Positions 1 to 8,175 of a stretch of 34,463 nt of DNA are shown piece after piece. This stretch comes from a virus (taxonomy: Duplodnaviria > Caudoviricetes): positions 1 through 34,463 of the IMG/VR virus record IMGVR_UViG_3300032290_000392; one strand, written 5' to 3'. Each line of letters begins with the position of its first letter. Position 1 is the stretch's first letter. A model generated the notes under the pieces. The model did not search any database, had not been told where the DNA came from, and worked only from the letters and a program-made list of their open reading frames with translations. The position numbers and the translations under genes were made by a program.

Positions 1-1320
1 CCAGTGCTGTACTTCCCGGTGCAGTGCGACTTCAGGGGCAGGTTCTATTACCGGCCCCCGTTCCTCAACCCTCAAGCCAACGACGTGGGTCGGTCGTTGC
101 TGCAGTTCGCTGCCGGCACACCGATCAACACCGAGGCTGAGGCTGACTGGCTCCGCATCCATGGGGCCAACACGTACGGCCACAACAAGTTGACGTGGGC
201 AGATCGCATTGCCTGGGTACACCAGAGCCAACTGCAGATCGAGGCCGCTGGTCGGGAACCCTGGTACAACCAGGAGTTCTGGGCTGGGGCCAAGGACCCT
301 TGGCAGTTTCTTGCCTTCTGCCGCACGTACCAGCAGTTCATGACCCATGGCCTGGGCTGGATCTGCCACCACCCCGTCGTCCTGGACTGCACGTGCTCCG
401 GCATCCAGCATTACTCGGCGCTGCTCAGGTCCGAGGAGATGGCAGCCCTCGTGAACCTGACTCCAAGCGAGACCCCTCGGGACATCTATGCCGTGGTGCT
501 CGAGCGCGTGTTGGCCCTGGTCCGGGCTGATGCGGCAGGTGGATCAGAGCATGCGACCCGGTGGCTACAGCTCAGCCCCGACCGCACGCTGGCCAAGCCT
601 GTGGTCATGACCATCCCGTACTCGGCAACGAGGGAGGCGGTGGTCAACTTCTGTTGCGGCTGGGCCCAGGACCGGGCGCAAGACGTGCTCGGTCGTGACA
701 GCTGGTGCTTCAAGAAGGGGGCCATGTCCAGCCACCACTACATGGCAACCATCTTGTACCGGGAGACGTCGGCCCTCATCGCACCAGCCAAGGCAGCAAT
801 GTCGTGGTTCAAGAAGGTGGGCAAGACAGCGGGCAAGCTTGGCCTAGCCCTGCGCTGGACGTCACCGTCTGGTGTGCCCGTGATCCAGGAGTATTGGGAC
901 TACAGCGGGGTGCGGGTGCGCCTGTACCACCTGTCGTCCGTGCCGATGGATCTGTTGACCAACCACCAACCGACTGAGTTGAGCGCCAAGCGGATGGGCA
1001 ACGGGCTTAGCCCTAACGTGATCCATTCCCTCGACGCCAGCCACATGGCTGCCGTCACCATCGAGGCGTTTGCTGCTGGCATCCGCAACCTCGGTGGAAT
1101 CCACGACTGTTTCGCAACGACGCCAGCAGAGATGGCCACACTTCGGACCACAATCCGCAGTACCTTTGCTGGCATGTACGCCCGGGACTGGTTCACGCCC
1201 ATCGCTGATGAGCTGACCGCCCAGTTCCCACCGGATGTACAGGCCAAACTCCCGCCGCGGCCAAGCCTCGGTGGGTTCGACCCAAACCTCGTAAACAACG
1301 CTGACTACTTCGTCACATGA
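1..1320 (+). CDS. T7-like single-subunit DNA-directed RNA polymerase (gp1), 5'-truncated by window edge
   Basis: DFRGRFY; motif A LDCTCSGIQHYS; motif B RTLAKPVVMTIPYS; PNVIHSLDASH; motif C IHDCF; ends ADYFVT. Frame is open from position 1. Confidence 0.97.
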   Translation, partial: PVLYFPVQCDFRGRFYYRPPFLNPQANDVGRSLLQFAAGTPINTEAEADWLRIHGANTYGHNKLTWADRIAWVHQSQLQIEAAGREPWYNQEFWAGAKDPWQFLAFCRTYQQFMTHGLGWICHHPVVLDCTCSGIQHYSALLRSEEMAALVNLTPSETPRDIYAVVLERVLALVRADAAGGSEHATRWLQLSPDRTLAKPVVMTIPYSATREAVVNFCCGWAQDRAQDVLGRDSWCFKKGAMSSHHYMATILYRETSALIAPAKAAMSWFKKVGKTAGKLGLALRWTSPSGVPVIQEYWDYSGVRVRLYHLSSVPMDLLTNHQPTELSAKRMGNGLSPNVIHSLDASHMAAVTIEAFAAGIRNLGGIHDCFATTPAEMATLRTTIRSTFAGMYARDWFTPIADELTAQFPPDVQAKLPPRPSLGGFDPNLVNNADYFVT

Positions 1321-1958
1321 ACAACTTCCAGTACATCGACAAGCTGCGCCTGACCACGCCCAAGGCGACGTTCAAGTATCCCAAGCTCATCGAACCCGAG
1401 ACCAAGTTCACGCCTGAGGGTCACTACAAAGTGACGGCTGTCATCCCAGCCGAAGACGCAGGTCCTATTGCTGACCAGCTTGACGCCTTGTTCGAGGCCC
1501 ACAAGGCCAGCCTCAAAGCTCAAGCCCCGGCCCAGAAGTTCAAGGCCATCGATCCGAGCTTCGGGTACGAGGACATCGACGGCAAGCCTTGCTTCACCAT
1601 CAGCTGCAAGATGAAAGCCAAAGGCATGGACCGTGACGGTCGTGCTTGGTCCGCTGTGCCTGCCCTCTTTGATGCAACAGGTGCACCGGTCAAGGATCGC
1701 GAGGCCCTGCGTGGCATGTGGTCCGGCACGACCGGTCGCGTGTCGTTTGAGGCGTGCCCCTTCTACCAGCCTGCCCTGGGTGCCGGCATCACGCTGCGCC
1801 TAAAGGCTGTGCAAATCATCAACCTGGTGGAATCTGGTGGATCAGCCGACAGCTTCGGGTTTCAAGAGGAGGCCGGTGGCTGGGCGACCAGCGAGGCGCA
1901 GGCGAGCGTCCCCTTCGACGCAACGGGAACGGCGACAGACGAAGGGTTTGACTTCTAG
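1317..1958 (+). CDS. Single-stranded DNA-binding protein (T7 gp2.5-like)
   Basis: TTPKATFKYPKL...GITLRLKAVQIINLVE; acidic C-terminus ending TDEGFDF; ATGA overlap with RNAP stop. Confidence 0.93.
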   Translation: MNNFQYIDKLRLTTPKATFKYPKLIEPETKFTPEGHYKVTAVIPAEDAGPIADQLDALFEAHKASLKAQAPAQKFKAIDPSFGYEDIDGKPCFTISCKMKAKGMDRDGRAWSAVPALFDATGAPVKDREALRGMWSGTTGRVSFEACPFYQPALGAGITLRLKAVQIINLVESGGSADSFGFQEEAGGWATSEAQASVPFDATGTATDEGFDF

Positions 1959-2313
1959 TCGGTACCGATCCAAGTTCGAAGCATCAGTAGCAGCCAGCCT
2001 CAAGCAACGGGGGCTGGCCTTCGGGTACGAGACCACGCCTTTGGCGTACACGATCTCCGCGGTTTACACCCCGGACTTTGTGTTGCCGAACGGGGTCATT
2101 GTGGAGACCAAGGGGCTGTTCGACTCCGACGACAGGCGCAAGATGGTGGCCGTCAAGGCACAGCATCCAGACCTGGACATCAGGCTCTGCTTTCAGAAAG
2201 CAGACGTCAAGTTGAGTCGGGCCCCTCGGTCCCTCACGTACTGGCAGTGGGCCGAGAGGCACGGGTTCCTCTGGTGCGAGGGCAACATTCCAACCACATG
2301 GACACAACAATGA
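1948..2313 (+). CDS. Endonuclease I / Holliday junction resolvase (T7 gp3-like)
   Basis: YRSKFE...YTPDFVLPNGVIVETKG...DRRKM..VKAQHPDLDIR...TYWQWAERHGF. TTG start at 1948 chosen over 1837 to avoid a long SSB overlap. Confidence 0.93.
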   Translation: MTSSRYRSKFEASVAASLKQRGLAFGYETTPLAYTISAVYTPDFVLPNGVIVETKGLFDSDDRRKMVAVKAQHPDLDIRLCFQKADVKLSRAPRSLTYWQWAERHGFLWCEGNIPTTWTQQ

Positions 2314-2834
2314 ACAACTCAACCAACGTCAAATTCATCCAGCTCCTGCATATTCCTGACACCAAGGATCCCAACCATCAATACCTTTGCGGTCTTGCAA
2401 GCGACGGATCCATCTGGTCCACTCCATTGCATGACGCAAAGGCAGGATGGAACAGGATCGACACCCCGTTTAAGGCGGTCCAACTCCCAATCCCGGAGCA
2501 GTCGGTCGTGGTGTCGCCACCTGTACACGTGAACAACTTCACCTCGGTGGAATCACAGCGTCGCAAGCCTGTGCTCATGTTCTTGATTGAGTCGTATCCC
2601 AAGGGCAAGTCAGCCATCGGATCGACCCCGCTTTATGACAGGTACACGGCGTGGTGTCGCAAGAACAAAGAGACCCGCGTTTCGATCATTACGTTTGGCC
2701 GGACTATGCGCATGGTGCCTGGCGTTAGCAGCTGGAAGTTCAAGGGCCTAATCCATTACGGAATCAAGCCACTGGCTGCGTTTGCTGATTGGCAGGCAGT
2801 CGACATGGAGATCCAGTGCCGTCCAAATTCCTGA
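2310..2834 (+). CDS. Hypothetical protein with C-terminal winged-helix-like (RFX / phage primase C-terminal type) domain
   Basis: ATGA overlap with endonuclease stop; C-terminal LYDRYTAWCRKN...SIITFGRTMR...HYGIKP. Domain call is by pattern recall. Confidence 0.6.
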   Translation: MNNSTNVKFIQLLHIPDTKDPNHQYLCGLASDGSIWSTPLHDAKAGWNRIDTPFKAVQLPIPEQSVVVSPPVHVNNFTSVESQRRKPVLMFLIESYPKGKSAIGSTPLYDRYTAWCRKNKETRVSIITFGRTMRMVPGVSSWKFKGLIHYGIKPLAAFADWQAVDMEIQCRPNS

Positions 2835-4429
2835 AGCATGAGGCTTGCCCCGAGTGCAAGTCGAAGAACAACCTGGCCCGCTACGACGACGGTCACGCGA
2901 CCTGTTTCGGATGCGGGTACCAGGAGCAACCAAAGAAAACAGAGAAAACCGAGCCCCGCATGGAGCCACTCCCGCCACCAGTCACCCCAGTCCTGGAGTT
3001 CATCGAGCACCGGGCGCTTCCGAAACGCGCCATAACGGAGGAGACCTGTGCCCTATTTGGCTACGGGTACTCCAGTCACAACGGCACTCGGGTGCAGGTC
3101 GCACCGTACCGGAACCAATCCGGCAAGGTTGTGGCGCAGCACGTACGCACTGCTGACAAGCGGTTCAGGTGGCTGGGAGACACGTCGAACCTGCAGCTCT
3201 GGGGCCAGCACCTCTGGCGCCAGAACTTTGGGAAAGAGACCAACCTCTTTGTGACTGTCACGGAAGGGGAGATCGACGCCATGTCGGTGTCCCAGGTCCA
3301 AGGCAACAAGTACCCGGTGGTGTCGCTGCCCAACGGGGCGCAATCCGCCAAGAAGTATTTGGCTGCCAACGCCACATGGCTCAGTCAATTTGCACGGATC
3401 GTGCTGTGCTTCGACAGTGACGAGCCAGGTGTCAAGGCTGCTGCTGACTGCGTTGCTGTCTTGCCCCTCGGCAAGGTGGCCGTGTGTCAGTTGCCCCGCA
3501 AGGACGCCAATGAGATGCTCATGGCTGGCGAAGGGGAAGCCCTTCGCGAGTTGCTCTGGAAGGCCACGCCAACCAGGCCCGACGGGATCGTCAACGCGAA
3601 CGATCTCTGGGCTGAGCTGATCAAGCCTGGCGCTGAGTCAGCCTGCCCGTACCCCTGGCCACAACTGGACGCCATGACCCGTGGCTTCAGGCGTGGCGAG
3701 ATGGTGACCCTGTGCGCTGGCTCAGGTGTCGGCAAGTCCAGCGTGTGTCGGGAGTGGGCCCACCACTTCTTAAGAGCTGGCTTGCGGGTGGGCTACATCG
3801 CCCTGGAGGAGTCCACCAAGCGCACCATGCAGGGCATCGTCGGCATCGAATTGAACAAGCCCATCCACCTTGACCCCAATGCGGCCGACGAGCATCAGAT
3901 CCGAGATGGCTTTGACCGTGTGTTTGGCACTGGTCGGTGCTTTCTCTATGACCACTTTGGATCGATGGATCCAGACCACCTCATCTCCAAGATCAGGTAC
4001 CTCGCTGATGCAGAGGGTGTCGACGTCGTGGTCCTCGACCACCTCACGATCGTCATCTCAGGACTGACAGATCTGGATGAACGGCGTGCCATTGACGTCA
4101 CGTGCACCAAACTCCGCCAAGTGGTGGAGCAGACCGGCATCGGACTGGTGCTGGTGTCCCACCTCAAGCGACCGGAAGGCCGCGGCCACGAGGAGGGAGC
4201 ACAGACCAGCCTGGGCCACCTGCGTGGCAGCCATGCCATTGCTCAGCTCTCCGACATGGTCGTTGGGTGCGAGCGGAACCAGCAGGGCGACGTTGCTGAA
4301 CGCAATGAACTCCAACTGCGGGTCTTGAAGAACCGGTTCTCCGGTACGACAGGGCCCTGCGACAAGTTGCTCTATGACCAGAACACCGGGCGCCTCGTCG
4401 TGCCCATGTCCCAATACTTCGGAACCTGA
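2816..4429 (+). CDS. DNA primase-helicase (T7 gp4-like)
   Basis: Zn ribbon CPEC...CFGC; TOPRIM TEGEIDA and FDSD; Walker A GSGVGKS; DHL, SHLKR, LRGS, LKNRFSG. GTG at 2816 follows GGAG (2807-2810). Confidence 0.97.
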   Translation: MPSKFLKHEACPECKSKNNLARYDDGHATCFGCGYQEQPKKTEKTEPRMEPLPPPVTPVLEFIEHRALPKRAITEETCALFGYGYSSHNGTRVQVAPYRNQSGKVVAQHVRTADKRFRWLGDTSNLQLWGQHLWRQNFGKETNLFVTVTEGEIDAMSVSQVQGNKYPVVSLPNGAQSAKKYLAANATWLSQFARIVLCFDSDEPGVKAAADCVAVLPLGKVAVCQLPRKDANEMLMAGEGEALRELLWKATPTRPDGIVNANDLWAELIKPGAESACPYPWPQLDAMTRGFRRGEMVTLCAGSGVGKSSVCREWAHHFLRAGLRVGYIALEESTKRTMQGIVGIELNKPIHLDPNAADEHQIRDGFDRVFGTGRCFLYDHFGSMDPDHLISKIRYLADAEGVDVVVLDHLTIVISGLTDLDERRAIDVTCTKLRQVVEQTGIGLVLVSHLKRPEGRGHEEGAQTSLGHLRGSHAIAQLSDMVVGCERNQQGDVAERNELQLRVLKNRFSGTTGPCDKLLYDQNTGRLVVPMSQYFGT

Positions 4430-4440
4430 ACTCCAATCAA

Positions 4441-4686
4441 ATGCACTGCCCAAACTGTGATGCCCCTGCCATTCGGGGTGCCAACAAAGTCATCCAGGCC
4501 CGCAACGACACCGTTGAATCCAAGATCCGCCAACGCAAGTGCATGACTTGCGGTCACAAGTGGTGGACATGTGAAACGGATCTGCCGATCGGGGCCATTA
4601 AGTGGGTGCAGTCCGATGACCCAGACATCAATTCGTTCTCCGTGCCCCGCCGTCAACCTGGTTTCCTGCGCATTTCTTACTCATGA
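4441..4686 (+). CDS. NrdR N-terminal-like zinc-ribbon protein
   Basis: MHCPNC...KVIQAR...IRQRKCMTCGHKWWTCE resembles NrdR MxCPxC...VIDSR...IRRRRxCxxCxxRFTTYE; no ATP-cone. Confidence 0.7.
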   Translation: MHCPNCDAPAIRGANKVIQARNDTVESKIRQRKCMTCGHKWWTCETDLPIGAIKWVQSDDPDINSFSVPRRQPGFLRISYS

Positions 4687-5441
4687 CACTGCTGATCGAC
4701 GCTGACTGGCTCCTGTACGCAGCTTGTTCAGCCTGCGAATGCGACATCCGGTGGGACGAATGGATCCACACCCTGCATCTCGAGCAGTCGGACGCCAAGA
4801 GTTACATGACCAACCAAGTAAACAGGTGGCAAGAGGCGACTGGTCACAGGGACGTGGTCATGTGCCTGTCGTCGTACCCCACGTTCCGGCATGAACTCTC
4901 CACCGAGTACAAGGCCAACCGCACTGGACGTCGCAAGCCCTTGGGCCTGCGCGATCTACGGGTCTGGCTCGAGTCCGAGTACGACGTCAGGTGTCACCAG
5001 AACCTGGAGGCCGATGACGTCATGGGGATCCTAATGACCAACGGGTCGTACAAAGATCCGATCATGGTGACCGCCGACAAAGACATGCGCACCATTCCGG
5101 GCAAGCTGCTGCGCATGGACAAGATGGAGATCAACGACGTCGGCGATGCCAACCGGAACTGGATGACCCAGGCCCTGGTCGGCGACACCAGTGACAATTA
5201 CCCCGGGTTGAAAGGGTTCGGACCAGTGAAAGCCGAGAAGCTTTTAGCTGAGCACCACACCCTGCCAGCCATGTGGGACGCAGTGGTGGACGCATACCGC
5301 AAGGGTGGTGAAACCTTTGGCGCTGCGTTGCTCAATGCACGCATGGCCCGGATCCTGCGACACGGGGACTACGACTTCACTGCGGCTACGGTGGAACTGT
5401 GGGACCCGGACCGTGACCCCGCAATGAAGATCAATGGATGA
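4683..5441 (+). CDS. 5'-3' exonuclease (T7 gp6-like)
   Basis: LLIDAD, YKANR, LEADDVMGI, DKDMRTIPG, GDTSDNYPGLKGFGPVKA. Confidence 0.95.
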   Translation: MTLLIDADWLLYAACSACECDIRWDEWIHTLHLEQSDAKSYMTNQVNRWQEATGHRDVVMCLSSYPTFRHELSTEYKANRTGRRKPLGLRDLRVWLESEYDVRCHQNLEADDVMGILMTNGSYKDPIMVTADKDMRTIPGKLLRMDKMEINDVGDANRNWMTQALVGDTSDNYPGLKGFGPVKAEKLLAEHHTLPAMWDAVVDAYRKGGETFGAALLNARMARILRHGDYDFTAATVELWDPDRDPAMKING

Positions 5442-5610
5442 CCTATACCCACCGATCGATGAGGCACTGTTGAAGCGGCTGGACGAGGTTTACCCCGAGT
5501 CTTGTCCTGATCCAGCTGCGTCTGAACGTGAGATCTGGATGGCTGTAGGTGCACGCCAGGTGGTGCGCATGCTATGGGCCGTTTATCTTGAGCAACAAAA
5601 CGAGGCTTGA
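5434..5610 (+). CDS. Small conserved phage protein (gp6.5 position), not in ORF track
   Basis: Hand translation MDDLYPPIDEALLKRLDEVYPESCPDPAASEREIWMAVGARQVVRMLWAVYLEQQNEA (58 aa); fills the gap between exonuclease and the 5614 gene. Confidence 0.8.
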   Translation: MDDLYPPIDEALLKRLDEVYPESCPDPAASEREIWMAVGARQVVRMLWAVYLEQQNEA

Positions 5611-5613
5611 ATC

Positions 5614-5937
5614 ATGTGTGGAGGAGGCAAGGCGCCTGACAACAGCGCTCAAATAGCAGCCCAAGAGCAAAGCCTCAAGCTCCAACGGGAGCAGATGGCC
5701 ATGCAACAGGAGCAAATGGCTGCTCAAAAGGCCCAGTACCAAGAGCAACTTGCCATCAGCAAGGCGCCGCCTCCGCCTGCTCCTAATCCTGGGGCCATGG
5801 CTGCAGCGCCGGCGCTTGAAATCACGAACCAAGCCACTACGCAATCCATGCGGGCTGGCACCGGCCGGAGGAAACTTCGGACCGACCTGGTGCCAGTGTC
5901 CGCCCTCAACATTCCAGCCACTGGGGGGTACGCCTGA
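5614..5937 (+). CDS. Putative small virion protein (gp6.7/gp7.3-like)
   Basis: MCGGG start, Gln-rich coil, GRRKLRTDL...LNIP end; located upstream of portal. Confidence 0.65.
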   Translation: MCGGGKAPDNSAQIAAQEQSLKLQREQMAMQQEQMAAQKAQYQEQLAISKAPPPPAPNPGAMAAAPALEITNQATTQSMRAGTGRRKLRTDLVPVSALNIPATGGYA

Positions 5938-6308
5938 TGTGCGGTGGCGGTGGCGGTGGCGGTAACCCGACCATGGGCAGCAAGACAAACCCGATGCTGC
6001 CGCGTGGCACAAAGGCCGGAGGGGTTGGGCCATTGCGTTTTGCGTATTCGGCAAATCAGCAAAAAGCTGCGGTTCCAGTTGAGCCCCCTGCGCCAACGCC
6101 AACGCCAACGGCCCCGCCTTACGACCCTGGTCCTTATGGACCTCGGATTACGGTGGCGACAGCGCCAGCTGGAATGCCAAACGCTGGAAACAAAACTTCG
6201 ACAAGCCCGGCAGAAGCGCTGCAGGTTTCTGCAGATGCAATCAGGCGGAACCGTAGTTTCTACCGCACTGCTGGCATGAGCGGTCTCAACATCCCAGGTG
6301 CTGCCTAA
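5937..6308 (+). CDS. Putative small virion protein (gp7.3-like)
   Basis: MCGGGGGGG start, Pro/Thr-rich, ends SGLNIPGAA; 1-nt stop/start overlaps on both sides. Confidence 0.6.
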   Translation: MCGGGGGGGNPTMGSKTNPMLPRGTKAGGVGPLRFAYSANQQKAAVPVEPPAPTPTPTAPPYDPGPYGPRITVATAPAGMPNAGNKTSTSPAEALQVSADAIRRNRSFYRTAGMSGLNIPGAA

Positions 6309-8068
6309 TGGAACTCAACCTGACCAGTAACGTCGACCGCCAAGCCAAGCCGTACGGAGAGGACGGCGGCACTGCTGCGGCCAGGTACGGCCAACTGCAG
6401 ACCAACCGTGACCCGTACCTGCAGCGGGCCCGGGACTGCAGCAAAGTCACGATTCCGGGGCTGATCCCTGACGCAGGGCAAGGGGACCGGGGTCGGCTGA
6501 AGACCCCGTACCAAAGCCTTGGCGCCCGAGGCGTCAACTACCTGGCCAGCAAGTTGCTGATCACGTTGTTCCCCCCGAACTCCAGCTTCTTCAAGCTCGA
6601 GATCGACGACCTGGCACTGCGCATTGCAGAGCAAGGACCAGAGATCAAGACGGAACTCGACACGGCCTTGGTCCAGGTGGAGCGGGCCGGCATGTCTGCG
6701 TTTGAGGTCGCCAATGGCCGGGCCTCAATGCACGAAGCGTTCAAGCACTTGCTCGTAGGTGGCAACGTCCTGCTGTATGTGGCGGAAGAAGGCATCAAGG
6801 TGATTCACCTGAATCGCTTTGTCGTGTGTCGTGACCCGATGGGTTCCGTCACTGAGATCGTGGTCGAGGAGGAGGTTTACCCCGACGCCTTGCCCGTTGG
6901 GTTGTACGACGACCTGGATGAAGAGGACGCATACGAGTCCGGCACCACGTCAAAAACCATCAAGTTGTACACCCACGTCGAGTACGAGGAAGGCAAGGTC
7001 CATTGGTACCAAGAGGCCAAAGGCAAAGAGATCCCTGGGTCGCATGGCATGTGCGACATGGATGTGAACCCTTGGATCCCCCTGCGCTTTAACCGGGTGG
7101 ATAGCGAGGAGTATGGGCGCTCGTACATCGAGGAGTATTACGGGGACCTGCTGGCCCTCGAGAGCCTGTATCAAGCCATCATTGAGGGAGCTGCAGCCGC
7201 GGCCAAGGTCTTGTTCCTGGTCAACCCCAACGGCACGACCCGGCCACGCACCCTGGCCAACGCTGAGAACGGGGCCATCGTCCAGGGCAACGCTGCCGAC
7301 GTCACGGTCATTCAGACCCAGAAGGCTCAAGACCTGAACATTGCCAACAGCACCATCGAGCGGATCGAGGCTCGGCTGCAGTTTGCGTTCTTGCTCAACA
7401 CCGCCATTCAACGACGTGGGGAACGAGTCACCGCTGAGGAGATTCGTTACATGAGCCAGGAGCTGGAGGCTGGCATCGGTGGCCTGTACTCAATCTTGAC
7501 CCAGGAACTGCAACTGCCACTGGTGCGTCGTCTGCTGCACGTGCTGCGGAAACAGCGCAAGCTCCAGGCTTTTCCGAAGGGCAAGGGTGGCGTGCCATTG
7601 GTGAACCCAAGACCCGTGACTGGACTGGAAGCCATCGGTCGTGGCGATGACCGGAACAAGTTGATCCAGTTCATCACCACTGCCACTCAAACCCTGGGCC
7701 CTGAGGTGATTGCCAAGTTCGTGAACATTGATGAAGCGCTGCGTCGTCTGGCCGCAAGTGAATCGATCGACACAACGAACCTGGTCAAGTCTCAGGACCA
7801 GCTACAACAGGAAGCAGCTGCTGCTCAAGCCGAGCAACAGCAAGCCGCCCAACGTGAAATGCTGATGACTGGCCTCAAGTCACCAGCAATGGCACAAGTG
7901 GCCAACAACTACACCCAAGAAGGAGCACCTTATGGTCCGCAATTCCCAGAGGGCGCAGAGCCAGGACAACCCGGAGCAGTGCCCAATGCCATCCCAACCC
8001 CTCCGCCAGGACCCGGTATCCCTAGTGGGCCCTCCGGCCCAGGTGGAGCAATGGGGCCCAACGCCTGA
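6308..8068 (+). CDS. Head-to-tail connector / portal (T7 gp8-like)
   Basis: PYQSLGARGVNYLASKL, EEYGRSYIEEY, RVTAEEIR, GLEAIGRGDD. Confidence 0.97.
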   Translation: MELNLTSNVDRQAKPYGEDGGTAAARYGQLQTNRDPYLQRARDCSKVTIPGLIPDAGQGDRGRLKTPYQSLGARGVNYLASKLLITLFPPNSSFFKLEIDDLALRIAEQGPEIKTELDTALVQVERAGMSAFEVANGRASMHEAFKHLLVGGNVLLYVAEEGIKVIHLNRFVVCRDPMGSVTEIVVEEEVYPDALPVGLYDDLDEEDAYESGTTSKTIKLYTHVEYEEGKVHWYQEAKGKEIPGSHGMCDMDVNPWIPLRFNRVDSEEYGRSYIEEYYGDLLALESLYQAIIEGAAAAAKVLFLVNPNGTTRPRTLANAENGAIVQGNAADVTVIQTQKAQDLNIANSTIERIEARLQFAFLLNTAIQRRGERVTAEEIRYMSQELEAGIGGLYSILTQELQLPLVRRLLHVLRKQRKLQAFPKGKGGVPLVNPRPVTGLEAIGRGDDRNKLIQFITTATQTLGPEVIAKFVNIDEALRRLAASESIDTTNLVKSQDQLQQEAAAAQAEQQQAAQREMLMTGLKSPAMAQVANNYTQEGAPYGPQFPEGAEPGQPGAVPNAIPTPPPGPGIPSGPSGPGGAMGPNA

Positions 8069-8069
8069 C

Positions 8070-8165
8070 ATGGTCATTGGTCACATAGAACCAAGCCGCG
8101 CAATGGAACCAGACCCGACACCCGTCGTCACATTTGGCGACGACAGAACCATCACCATCAACTAG
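8070..8165 (+). CDS. Possible 31-aa micro-protein between portal and scaffold
   Basis: MVIGHIEPSRAMEPDPTPVVTFGDDRTITIN exactly fills the gap; ATG 1 nt after portal stop. Confidence 0.45.
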   Translation: MVIGHIEPSRAMEPDPTPVVTFGDDRTITIN

Positions 8166-8175
8166 CACCACCCCC

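Noticed and set aside
1837-1947. Upstream extensions in the ORF track (endonuclease from 1837; likewise 2247, 2789, 8134, 13434, 28491, 28861, 30685)
   Set aside because: They overlap neighbouring genes; downstream starts with stop/start coupling or an SD fit better.
4400-4426. MSQYF helicase tail as a beta-clamp-binding motif
   Set aside because: Does not match QL(S/D)LF; kept only as an unassigned tail.
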